Below, piece after piece: positions 37,450 through 49,049 of a stretch of DNA of 64,000 nt. This DNA comes from Stegostoma tigrinum (taxonomy: Eukaryota). Under the pieces are notes generated by a model. It had not been told where the DNA came from, did no database searches, and saw nothing but the letters and a program-made list of their open reading frames with translations. A program made the position numbers and the translations under genes. The stretch covers positions 48,714,116 to 48,778,115 of the forward strand of contig NC_081358.1 in assembly GCF_030684315.1 (NCBI RefSeq), written 5' to 3'. The stretch's first letter is position 1. The number at the start of each line of letters is the position of its first letter.

Positions 37450-38434
37450 AAGAGGTGATTAAAGTCTTAGACACAGAAATGTTTGTGAATGTTATTTATT
37501 TGGAACTCCAGAAGGCATTTGATGAAGTTCCTCGTAAGAAACTGGTAACTAATTTTGGAGCTCAAGCAAGTGAAGGCAACTATTGACCTCATTAGGAAAT
37601 TGGCTGAATAGAAGAGAAGGAGAGTAGGGATAATTTTCAGGTACACCAACTAGCAGAGGGTGACTCCTCATATCCCACAAGGATCTGTGTTTGAATCTCA
37701 AATGTTCACCATATATAAAACACAAAACCCATGTCAAAATCTGTGCATGGTACAAAGATAGGCTGCATTGTAAGCTGGGTGGATGTAAATATGTAATTAT
37801 ACAGGTCTATTCATAAGTTAAGTGACTAAACAAAACTGTGGTAAATAGATTTCAGTGTAGGCAAATGAGAAGTTATCCATTTTGAACTTACCTTTGTATC
37901 TAGAGGAGTCGATATGTTGAGTAGAATCTTCCCAGGCCTTAAATGTTCTTGGTTGTGGTGATGAATCTGGGATAAATGTATAAGAAAACAAAAGAGAATT
38001 TTCTTGAAGTTGCGAAATGAGTCCCATTTTCCATCTAAGTTCCCGATGTAAGAAAAGAGATCATTTCATTAGAGGCAGTTCAGCGAAGGTTCACAAGGAT
38101 ACTCCCTGGTATGCAGGGATTGTCTTATGAGCAAGGGCTAAACAGGTTGGGACTCTACTCTCTTTAGAAGAATGAGATGTAATCTCATTGAAATATACAA
38201 GATTCTCAAGGGGCTTGACAGTGTAAATACTGAGACTGTTTCCCCCTTTGACAGAATCTAGGACAAAGGATCATAATTGCAGAATAAAGGGATTCCAATT
38301 TAAGATTTCTCTTGGGAGTTGAGTGCCTTTGGAGTTCCTTGAAACAGAGAGCTGAGGGGGCAGAAGTCTTGTGTATGTTTAAGGCTTGGATAGATTGATT
38401 CTTGATCAGTAGGTTACAGAGAAAATGCAGGAAA
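37450..38434 (+). mobile_element. Decayed CR1 LINE; its 3' tail resumes at ~41650-41745 after nested insertions
   Basis: CAGAAGGCATTTGATGAAG (QKAFD) and GAGGCAGTTCAGCGAAGGTTCACAAGG (EAVQRRFTR). Confidence 0.75.
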
Positions 38435-38511
38435 TTTGTAGTTCAGGTTGAGGTTCTGGATGTGAGTTTGCTCGCTGAGCTGGAAGGTTAGTTTTCAGAT
38501 ATTTCATCACC

Positions 38512-39450
38512 TTTCTTTTATTTGAAAAAATATACTTTATTCATAAGATGTACAAAAAAAAACATATTTACACACCTACCCAGTCATGCAAGCCGCTCCG
38601 GGTTACCCAGGGGGTACATACACCAACTAAAGGAAAAAAAACAAAGAAGGAAAAGACAAAGCAAAGAAAATACCCCGGCAGTCGTCACCCCGCACAGTCC
38701 CAGTTGGCCTCCTGACCAGTTGGGGAAGGCGCCAGCTGGGCGCAGTTACCAGATAGGGCCCATTTTTCCATTCTGGACGAGGGGTTTCATACGGTGGTCT
38801 TTCCACACCGCGCCTTGGTGGCGGCTGCCCCAAGCTTTAGCGCGTCCCTCAGCACGTAGTCCTGGACCTTGGAGTGCGCCAGTCTGCAACACTCGGTCGG
38901 GGTCAGTTCTTTCAGCTGGCAGACCAGCAAGTTCCGGGCAGACCAAAGAGTGTCTTTCACCGCATTGATGGTGCTCCAGGCGCAGTTGATGTTGGTCTTG
39001 GTGTGCGTCCCGGGAAACAGCCCGTAGAGCACGGAGTCCCGTGTCACGGAGTTGCTCGGCACGAACCTCGACAAATACCACTGCATCCCCCTCCAGACCT
39101 CCTGCGCATAGGCACATCCAGAAGGAGGTGATCGACAGTCTCGTCCCCCCCTGCAGCCGCCTTGAGGGCAGTGTGCGGTGGCGCAGAGATTCCGGGCATG
39201 CATAAAGGATCTCACTGGCAGAGCCCCTCTCACCGCCAGCCAAGCAATGTTCTTGTGCTTGTTTGAAAGTTCTGGCGATGAGGCATTCTGCCAAACGATT
39301 TTGGCAGTCTGCATGGGGAACCACACGACGGGATCCACCCTCTCCTTTTCCCGAAGGGTCCTGAGGATACTACGTGCTGACCACTGCCTGACAGCCTTGT
39401 GGTCAAAGGTGTTTCCTTTCAAAAATTTCTCCACGAAGGACAGGTGGTGT
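38512..39450 (-). mobile_element. Tx1/L1-clade LINE 3' fragment (ORF2 C-terminal Cys-rich region, 3' UTR, A-rich tail)
   Basis: ORF 38787-39434: IVWQNASSPELSNKHKNIAWLAVRGALPVRSF...CPQGGC...VKDTLWSARN. Minus-strand AATAAA and A-rich end at ~38512-38552. GC/CpG-rich relative to the flanks. Confidence 0.88.
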
Positions 39451-39457
39451 GTTGGAT

Positions 39458-40890
39458 CTGCTTCTACGGACTACCAAAAATTCACAAACCAGGAGCCCCC
39501 CTCAGACCCATAGTGTCTCTACCTGGAACACCAACACACAGATTAGCCAAGGAACTACACCAAAGACTAAAACACCTAGTAGAAGACTCCCACCACGCCA
39601 TTCACTCCACCCAAGAATTCCTGAACACCATCAAAGACACCAAGATAGAAGAGGATGAAGTAATGGTCTCCTTTGATGTAACAGCCCTGTTCACATCCAT
39701 CAACATCAACCTGGCCAAGGAAACACTGACTGCACTATTAGAAGAACCGAAGACACATACACCAGACACCACCAACCTCATCAGCAAGGACAGCATCAAG
39801 CTAGTGGACCTATGGCTTACCACCCACTTCACTTTCAATAACAAAACCTACAGACAAACCAACGGTACACCCATGGGATCTCCGATATCAGGGTTCTTAG
39901 CAGAGGCAGTAATGCAGAGACTCGAACAAACAGCTCTGCCAATCATCCAACCCAAACTTTGGATCCGCTATGTGGATGACACCTTTGTCATCACTAAACA
40001 AAACAAATTAGAGGAAACCTTCAAGACCATCAATAATACCGTTACTGGCATAACATTCTCAAAAGAGGAGGAAAACAACAACAAACTGCCATTCCTAGAT
40101 GTCACAGTAGAGCGAACAGTCAATGGGGAACTTCAAACCAGTGTCTACAGGAAAACAACACATACGGACCAAATACTGAACTACAGGAGCAACCATCCCA
40201 ACACCCACAAACAAAGCTGCATTAGAACATTATTCCAACGAGTCACCACACACTGTAGCACAGAGGAACTACGAAGAGCAGAAGAAAATCACCTATACAG
40301 CGTATTCAAAAAGAACGGGTACCCTAGTCCGCCGATTTCTCAGCAACAAACCCAAACAAACAGACAAAATGGGCCCAGAAACCGTAACCACTCTCCCCTA
40401 CATCAAAGACATTTCCGAAATGACTGCCAGACTACTCGGACCCCTTGGCATCAGGGTAGCCCACAAACCCACCAACACACTAAAACAGCAGCTAATGAAC
40501 TTAAAAGACCCTATACAGACAACAAACAAAACAAACGTCATCTACAAAATACCTTGCAAGAACTGTGACAAACACTACATTGGATAAACAGGCAGGAAGC
40601 TAGCCACCAGAATACATGAACATCAACTAGCCACAAAACGACATGACTCACTATCACTCGTATCCTTACATACAGATGAGGAAGGACACCACTTTGATTG
40701 GGACAACACATCCATCCTAGGACAAGCCAAACAGAGACACGCACGAGAATTCCTAGAAACATGGCATTCCAACCGGAACTCCATCAACAAACACATTGAT
40801 TTGAAGCCAATCTACCATCCCCTGAGAAAAAGAACAGGAAACGACATCACCAACACAGGAAATGACATCACCAACCCAAGGCAACCTAAA
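39458..40890 (+). pseudogene. Poseidon-type PLE ORF (RT + GIY-YIG), 5' truncated, one frameshift and one stop
   Basis: FYGLPKIHK, PLRPIVS, SFDVTALFT, GTPMGSPISG, WIRYVDDTF, then VIYKIPCKNCDKHYIG*TGRKLATRIHEH. Confidence 0.95.
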
Positions 40891-40936
40891 CAGATAAATA
40901 GAAAGCGGGACATAACACCAGCGCTTTGTCGGCGGC

Positions 40937-40976
40937 TCACTGATGATCGTACCTAGATTGGTGACGAAACGTCTGA
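40937..40976 (+). ncRNA. Minimal type-I hammerhead ribozyme motif in Poseidon-type pLTR
   Basis: TCA-CTGATGA-T-CGTACC-TAGATT-GGTGAC-GAAA-C-GTC-TGA: 3-bp stem I and intact core. The base of stem II is mismatched in this copy. Confidence 0.72.
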
Positions 40977-41799
40977 AAACTAACCTTCCAGCTCAGTGAG
41001 CAAACTCACATCCAGAATGCAGGAAAGTGCATGCGAAAATTTGGTATTTGGGATCCCAGCCTGCTAGATAGAAACCAGATTCTGCAAAATCCCATGAAAG
41101 CCAGAGTGGATTCCTAGCATTTCCAGCTCTTTGCTTGTTCCTCTAGACCTCCATCTTGGACTCCCAGCACCAACACCCCTGATGAACCAATATGAACCTT
41201 CATGAGAGGTGGGTGTAGTAACAGGGATAGACTGGATGCAAGGTGCGATAGAAATGATTATGGCAGATTGAAAAAGGGCTTTGATCTTCTTCCTGCAATA
41301 TGGTGCATTTCTGTACAATGTGGAAATCACATTGTCTTGAGTGACAACCTCAAAACTTCTGGCATGGTGTGGTGTCATGGCATAACCTGGTAAACCTGGG
41401 GGAAGAGATGTCCCTCCTCTGTCCCCACCACACTGCCCACCGTAGCCTGCAGGAGCCTGTCCACAAAGTGAGGCACCAATTTTCCCTTATCTGGTATGAC
41501 TGGGGCAAAAGTCATTCACTCTGCAGGATGGCTCTGGACTGACTGTGCTTGATGAAGTGCACAAAGGCCTTTTAAAGATAGCATTAACATCAAGGATCGC
41601 CGTGTGTGCCAGGATATCCCAGCAGCAGCTAATATTTCCAGCTAGGTGTGTTTGAAATCAGGGGTTAGTTCAGCCGTGATCATAAATGGTCACAGATGGT
41701 TGACAGGTTAAGTGACCTACTTGTGTTTCTGCATCTCTATGTTCTGCTCCATCGGTCAGTAGGTTCCACACTTTGTAAAAATAATTTATTACTATTTAG

Positions 41800-42440
41800 C
41801 CCTAATTTCTTTAAGTTAATTTTGAAATGCTTTCTTTAACCACTGCAGATGACACCACAGTGCTATTTGAAAGTGAATTCGGGGATTTTGCCGAAACAAT
41901 GGCAAAGAAGTGGTCATATATTTCCAAGACAAGATGATGTTTGACTTATGCAGAAATTGCTGGCAGTGTTTTTTGTAAGTACCTGTTCTTCCACGTGACA
42001 GAAACCACAAGCCTGGAAGGTTCTTTCACCTGGTTTACTTGTCAATGATACAAGTGCCACTGGGCTTCAGTAGTGGAGGAAGTCAATGCTGAAGGCAGTG
42101 TGTGGGGTGCCAATCATCAGACTGTTTTGTCGGAATGAAGTCATGCATCTCAAGTGTTGTTGGTTGCTTATCATCCTGATAAGTGTGGAGCTATCCAGCA
42201 CATTCCTGACGTGTGCCATGTAGATAGCTTTGAGGAGAGCCATTTGCCTCAACTCCCACCCCACTGTCCCATTCTTATAGTCACAGCATTTATACAGCTG
42301 GTCCAGTTAAATATCTGATCAACCATAACCTTCAGGATGGTCATGGTATGGGAATTCAGTGTTGGCAATGCTGTTGAATGCCAACAATGGGGGATTAAAA
42401 TCTCTAATTGGATATGGTTATTGCCTGGCACTTTTGTGAC
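41800..42440 (-). mobile_element. Degenerate LINE 3' portion (probably the family of 49050-51160)
   Basis: Minus ORFs give IYMAHVRNVLDSSTLIRM and VMVDQIFNWTSCINAV. Confidence 0.6.
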
Positions 42441-43307
42441 AGATAACAAAAACAGACACGTAGCCCTTTTGTTAAAAACTCTAAAATCTGGAGTTTAGTA
42501 TTCTTTGAACTTCTTAAAGCTTGAAATGATTCTCACTGGACCTCTCAATAAAACACCAGTAGCAATTTCCAGGTTCTTAATGGATATGCTAGATTGAGGG
42601 GTCACAGTGCTCCTTGGGCTTGATTTCTGTTTAGGTTTGGGATTATGACATCGGGATCAAATGTAAGTCCTGACCCTGCACCATGTCAGGAGTAATCAGC
42701 CACCATGATTTTTGACAAACCTAGCGGACAGAGGGTGTTCTGCGACACTGCTCATCAACCAAGATGGGAGTTCCTAAAAGAGAGAAGGAGGGGGCGTCAC
42801 CTTAAAAATGCTCACTAACACCAGATTTAAACAAAAAATGGGTTTAAAGACAGGCATAACATCCAGGTCATGATCACAGTGGGATAACATTTTCATTGGC
42901 CACAGCAACGGCCTGAAAGCCTTGGTACTGATCTTCCCATCCCTCACATGAATCCCACCTCATTTTACTGGCAGGGGGGCACAGATCTTCATGGTGTCCT
43001 TAAATATGTCAATTGACTGCCTACTGTAGCCAACCAGCCTCCCCAAAATAAAATGGTTTGGTTGTGGCAAACTGACATGGTAACTAGCCAGCAGTATGAA
43101 TTCCAGCCTGCCCACGTTTATTCCTTGGTCTTCGATAATCCTGCTCCTCATATCAGAGCAATGTTGTAATAAATTAATCAACTTGTTTTCTGATTTCCAA
43201 GTCGGGCAATAAACCATGAAAATGCTTGACTGTGATTTTACTATCAAGATATGCAGTTCATTTTGGTACTGTACTATATATTGGCCCTTGAGCTATATGG
43301 GGCTCAT

Positions 43308-43965
43308 TTTTGAAAGTAGAGTCACAGGTAGACAGGAATAGTGAAGAAGGCATTTGGTATGCTTGCCTTTATTGGTCAGCGTATTGAGTATAGGAGTTGG
43401 GAGGTCATGTTGAAGCTGTGCAGGACATTGGCTCGGCCACTATTAGAATATCGTGTGCAATTCTGGCCTCCCTGCTATAGGATGTTTTGAAAGCTGAAAT
43501 GGCTCAGAAAATATTTCCAAGAATTTTGCCAGGCTGGAGAGTATAGCAAGAGGCTGAATAGACTGTGGTTATTTTCCCTGGAGCATTGGAGGTTGAGGGG
43601 TGACCTTATGGACGTTTATAAAATCATGTGGGCATGGATAGGGGGTGAATAATCAAGGACTTTTCCCCGGGGAAGGGGAGTCCAAAACTAGAGGGCATGG
43701 GTGAGTGGGGAAAGATTTAAAAGGGACCTAAGGGGCAATATTTTCATGCAGAGGATGGTGCACATGGAATGAGCTGCCAGAGGATGTAGTGGAGGCTGGT
43801 ACTATTGCAACATTCGAAAAGCAACTGGATGGCTAAATGAAAAGGAAGAGATAAGAGGGATATGGGCCAAATGCTGGCAGATGGGACTAGATTTCTGGTT
43901 GGTATGGACAATTTGGACCAAAGGGTTTGTTTCTGTGCTGTCCAACTCTATAACTCTATGACTTT
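43308..43965 (+). mobile_element. CR1 LINE 3' portion
   Basis: GTGCAATTCTGGCCTCCCTGCTATAGG (VQFW.P.YR). Tail CTCTATAACTCTATGACT. Confidence 0.9.
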
Positions 43966-45599
43966 GTAGCATGATATGCTCTGAGGAGATACCGAGTACA
44001 TTAACGAAGATAGTAATGTACCTTCACACAATGTCGCTCTCTTGTACAACATTGTTATAACACACAGTAGGATGCACTCCCATACAGATGGTGTTTTCCA
44101 TACTTCAACAAGCTCTGTAATTATTCTGAATTAGCTGCAATGCCTAGAATATTATGGGCCTGCCTTAAAGGAATGAGCTTCCCAGGCTGATTGTGAAAGC
44201 AGGCCACAAACAGTGAAATGTTGCTGCTTCAAACTGAATGAAATTGTGACTGAATATGAAAATACTTCTAAAAATTTGATACTTACAAATCTGCCACACA
44301 CCCTGTTTTCAGAAAAGCAGTTTTTGAGGTTTATCTTGTCAGACAGTCACAGCTATGCAAATCCACCTCCTAATTCAGCAGTGTTCCAGAAAGATGGATT
44401 TTATTTGCATTACAGAGTCCAAATTTTCTTCAACTGTTTCAGGTTTGCATGACATTTGACTGAAATTCTGAAGCGGCATTTGTTTCACACAGTGACACCA
44501 ATATGAGATGTAAAAACATCAATTTAATTTCCAGTCAAGCAGCACCTAATCTGTCATCAGCTCTGTCTCACAGTGTAAAGGAGCCTTGAGTGAGGGAAGC
44601 ACACAGTTTACATCATGGAGTAATTGTTTGACAGGATTGCTTTTAAATTTTGTGTTATGCCAATCTAAATTGGATAAGAAAATGTCTGGTTGTAAAGAGT
44701 TGTTGACTGGGAGTGGCGGAGACAGTTTGGCATGTACAGGAGCGAAAAAAAAGCCATTAATGATAGAAATCTCAAAGAGATAACACTCTGCAAATCAGGC
44801 AGTGTCTGTGAAAAAAATAGGGTCAGCACTTTGTCGGAACAAAAATATCACCACGTCTGTTCTCTCCTTGTCTCCTGCACGTTCTGTATTTTTGTTTCAC
44901 TCCAATGTGGGCAATGATAAAAGTGCCACAGCTCAGTAGCACCTTATATAATTAACCCAACTACCTGCATACCAATCTTCCCTCATTCCACACAGATTAG
45001 CTAACGTTAGCTTCCTTCTACTGTGTTTCATTTTCTTTCAAACTTACATCCTTACCAAGAAGCTGTCACTTTGTAAAATGTAACTATCCTTAATTTTCCC
45101 AGAACAAATTGATACTTGATCAAGAATTGATAAAACAATAAACCCAGGTAGAAACATACCTGCTGGTTTCAAACATACTCTCCAGGCACAATCATTTGGA
45201 TTAATAATCCATTCATACTCAAATTTGAGGAAGTTGGCAGTGTCAGAATTTCCAGGGTTTGCAAATTTAAATAACGTCAGCAGGACAAAGGAAAGGGTAT
45301 CTTGGGAAATTAAGAAAAAGAAAAAAGTTTTGTCTTTATATAGCACCTTTCAAATGTCCAAAGGCCTTTGCAGCTAATGAAGCACCTTTGAAGCACAATT
45401 GTATGTTTTATTTTGTGCCATTTCTAAGTCTTCAGTCAACTCTTAGTACAATTCTAAAAATGTAACAGATTGAGATTGAATGCTGCTCAAGCAACCAAAT
45501 GCCTTGGGATTTGGCCTGCGGATTTGACGGGTGGTACAGGCATATTGGGAAGCAAATGTGTGGAAGTGTAATACATCGTCACACAGCGCATAGTATTAA

Positions 45600-45926
45600 T
45601 CATATAATCTCTACAGTGCAAAAGAAACCAATCAATCCATTAAATCTGCACCAGCAACCAAAGAGCATCCCACCCAGTTACCATAACTTCTAATCTATAT
45701 AACCTGCAGATCCTTGGACAATAAGATCCACTAAGGATAACTTAGCATGGCCAATCCACCTAATCTGCACATCTCTGGATTGTGCAGGAAACCAGAGCAT
45801 CAGATGGCAAACGACACAGACATGGGGAGACCTTGCAAAGTCCACACAGTCACCCAAGGGTGTAACTGAACATAGATCCCTGGCACTGAGAAACACCACT
45901 GCTGGACAGTGAGCCACTGTGCCACA
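45600..45926 (-). mobile_element. HE1-type SINE
   Basis: TTAGCATGGCCAATCCACCTAATCTGCACATC...GTGAGCCACTGTGCCAC. Confidence 0.8.
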
Positions 45927-46159
45927 TCATGAATCATGCATAGAAGCAAGTCTCCAGAGAAACAAATGAAGTATGAAGCTACTTTCAATCTAAAGAGCTG
46001 GTGGTGGAACATAGATTCAGCCGTTTTAGGTTGTCACAGTAATCTTTTAAATCTTGCCTGCATCCCAATTTATGGCCTTCCAGAACCAGGAATTTGAGAG
46101 ATGCTATTGTTTGGAAGTCAAACTGTTATAAAACAAAATTTCAACATTCTGTTTTTTTT

Positions 46160-46760
46160 TGTTAATTAATTAATGGGATGTAGGCATTGCTGGATTAGCC
46201 AGCATTTATTGCCTATCTCTAACCACATTGCTGTGGGTCTGGAGTCACATGTGGGTCAGACCAGGCTAGGATGGCAGATTCCCTTCCCTGAAGGCCATTA
46301 GTGAACTAGATGGGTTTTCCTGTCAATTGATTCATGGGGGTGACATGGCAGTTCAGTGGTTAGCACCACTGCCTCACAACACCAATGACCCAGGGTTCAA
46401 TTCCACACTTGGATGACCATCTATGTAGAGTTTGCACATTCTTCTGTGTCTGTGTGGGTTTCCTCCAGGTGCTCTGGTTTTCTCCCAAAGTCCAAAGTTG
46501 TGCAGACAATGTGGATTGGCCATGTTAAATCGCCCATGGTGTTCATGGATGGGTAGATTAGGTGAGTTATAGGGAGATGGGTCAGTGTGGTCTTGTTGGG
46601 CCAAAGGGCCTGTTTCCACACTGGAGAGATTCTATGATTGAACTCTTAATTCCATTTTTTTAATTGAATTCAATTCAATCTGCTGAGGCAGATTGCTAGA
46701 ACATTACCTGAGTCTCTGGATTAACAGTCTAGCCATAATACCACCGGGCCGTCTCCTCCC
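46160..46760 (-). mobile_element. Second SINE family copy interrupted by an HE1 SINE
   Basis: GGGATGTAGGCATTGCTGG...GCATTTATTGCC...GGCAGATTCCCTTCCCTGAAGG...ACTAGATGGG; resumes after ~46640. Confidence 0.7.
46340..46640 (+). mobile_element. HE1-type SINE
   Basis: TTCAGTGGTTAGCACCACTGCCTCAC...GGGTTCAATTCC...GATTCTATGATT. Confidence 0.88.
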
Positions 46761-47409
46761 TCGTTTAATTTGGTAGGCCTTTACTGTTCACTCCAGCTTC
46801 TCTACAATCAATGGGCAATAGGAAGCATCCTTTCTGGAGGTGCTGCTGTTTTGAGTAGATCCAGTAAAGTAATACCTGAGGTAATTGTTCCTTCTGCAGT
46901 GATAACCATTACTATCGCCATGGTGCAGAAGGCTTTCAGTCAAAGCACTTGTAAAGAAGTCACAAAGTTCATATAACATCTAAATGTGTATGATGTCTGA
47001 ATCTGCCCATATGATGGCACTGTAATCATTACAATAAACTGCCTTCCCTGCCCCACAGTGTAAACTCAGAGATATAGAGATTGCTCAATACTTTGGAACA
47101 GGTGGTAATCAGAGCTTGTTTGATAGCTCTCAGCTCAAAACTGTCAGACAACAAGCCCAGGCACAGCTGATGCAGTTAAGTTGCTTGGATTTTCTTTTCT
47201 CAAAAAGGATATGGTCCTAGTCTTTTTCTTAATGCTGCTGTTATCCAGTAGAGCCCATAGTTAACATTGAAAGAATTAACACCATGATCCTGAATTTCAG
47301 CTGAAGTCAGCATGAGTGGTTAGAATGGATATTTTGAAGATGCGACACTGATCACCAACATCCATCACTGTCTTTATCTGCCTTGGCTATAACTTACAAT
47401 CTCTAATTT

Positions 47410-47562
47410 CTCCCTGCCACATCTGAAAGGCAGTAGCTCTGATAGTGCAATACTCCCTCAGTTCTCCACTGGAAAGTCAGTGTTGATTGTTATACATAAG
47501 CCCTGGAATGATACTTAAACTGGGAATTTCAGAGGGAAATGGAAATGAGCCGCAGCTGGCAC
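47410..47562 (-). mobile_element. Deu-domain SINE remnant
   Basis: CATCTGAAAGGCAGTAGCTCTGATAGTGCAATACTCCCTCAGTTCTCCACTGG resembles the reverse-complement Deu core. Confidence 0.55.
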
Positions 47563-47713
47563 TGGCATATGTCAGGACATATGTTGGTTCATTGAAATCT
47601 TTACTCATTCTATTTGGTTCAACATCTTCCTTGTTGAAGTAAAAATTACTCTCCTATTACATAATATTTGCCCAGGAAAGAAATTAAACATGATGCCTAG
47701 TTCAGAGTTGACC

Positions 47714-48140
47714 AGTGGCATGGCAGATCAGTGCTTAGCACTGCTGCCTCACAGCATTAGGGACCTGGGAGACTATCTGAATGGAGTTTGCACATTGTCC
47801 CTGTTTCTTCCTTCCACAGCCCAAAAGTGTGCAGGTAAGGTGGATTTTTCTGATGAAGGGTCTAGGCCTGAAACATCAGCTTTTGTGGTCCTAAGATGCT
47901 GCTTGGCCTGCTGTGTTCATCCAGCTCCGCACTTTGCTATATTGGATTCTCCAGCATCTGCAGTTCCCATTCTCTCAGGTAAGGTGGATTGGATTTGCTA
48001 AATTGTCCCATAGTGCCCAGAAATGTGCAAGTTAGGTGTTAAATGCAGAATTACAGGGATAGAATAAGATGCTCTTTGGAAGGTTGGTGTTGACTCAATG
48101 GGCTGAATGACCTCTTTCCAAACTTTAAGGATTCTATGAC
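47714..48140 (+). mobile_element. HE1-type SINE with nested PLE tail
   Basis: GTGGCATGGCAGATCAGTGCTTAGCACTGCTGCCTCACAGC...GGATTCTATGAC. Confidence 0.85.
47847..47975 (+). mobile_element. 129-bp solo PLE tail starting at the hammerhead core
   Basis: TTTCTGATGAAGGGTCTAGGCCTGAAACATCAG...GTTCCCATTCTCT. Perfect TSD CAGGTAAGGTGGATT at 47832-47846 and 47976-47990. Confidence 0.92.
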
Positions 48141-48539
48141 ACATAAATTCTACCCTAGCACAAAGTCTGATGACCGTAAGTCCATGCTGCACCCACATGT
48201 ACCATTCAAACCTAATCAAGGAAGAATTTATTCAAGGGTTAACTAATTTAACAAGGTGAACAACAACATGAAGATCTCAGGAAGTAACAACAGATTGACA
48301 GGGGTTGTAATTAATTATGCAGGAATTCAGCAAAATAGGCAGGATAGCTTGTTACCAAGATTTTTGCCAGCAACATTAACAGGACAAGAACCTTCGTACT
48401 AATGTTTTCCCCAAATCCCATATCAGTAACATTGAGCATTGGACCTGCTGAACTCAAATTCTGCGGTTTAGATAAGAGTAGGTCTTTCTTCAACACCAAC
48501 CTTTGCATGAATTGAATAGGAGTTAGAGGACAGAACAAC

Positions 48540-48645
48540 AGCTTAGTGTAGGTTAGACGGGCTTGAGATCGGTATGACAGGTCGGCACAACATCGAGGGC
48601 CGAAGGGCCTGTACAGTGCTGTAATGTTCTTATCTATGTTCTTAG
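48540..48645 (+). mobile_element. Short, young CR1 3' tail fragment
   Basis: GGTCGGCACAACATCGAGGGCCGAAGGGCCTGTACAGTGCTGTAATGTTCT, homologous to the 57265-57330 minus tail. Confidence 0.8.
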
Positions 48646-49049
48646 TTCTGAGTGGAATCTATGAATCATCGCATGTTTTATGGCTACAGCAAGGCCAGTT
48701 TTGAACTTAGTGCAGGTATGTACATTATCCTATGTGATCAGGAGACCAAGCTGGAGATGGTAAATGAGTGGCTCAAATCCAGGAGTAAGTGACGTGGTTA
48801 GGGGAGACACAAAATAGCTTTGTATTTCAAGGCTCTCTTCTAGACAATCGAAGGAAAAATTAATATGATATTCCAGTATGTCAAAGGCCTAATATATTTA
48901 AGTATGATACATCAAAATTCACTTTATCAATATTTAATCCATTAATAGTCTATAACATATTCATGAAAGCAAAATTTTAATCCATTAGAATATTTATAAT
49001 TCTTGTACAACAATGATAGCATTACTAGTGCTCAATAGATTAAGCCAAT

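Larger units (their letters stand above)
38435..41017. mobile_element. Poseidon-type PLE with inverted tail, containing a Tx1/L1 fragment
   Basis: 38435-38511 is an inverted copy of the element's 3' end (40960-41017 plus ~20 nt more). Body ~39458-41017 on plus. TSD AATGCAGGAAA at 38424-38434 and 41016-41026. Confidence 0.9.

Noticed and set aside
39399-40568. 389-aa ORF as an intact gene or fusion protein
   Set aside because: The first ~19 codons are antisense Tx1 sequence running by chance into a truncated, frameshifted PLE RT.
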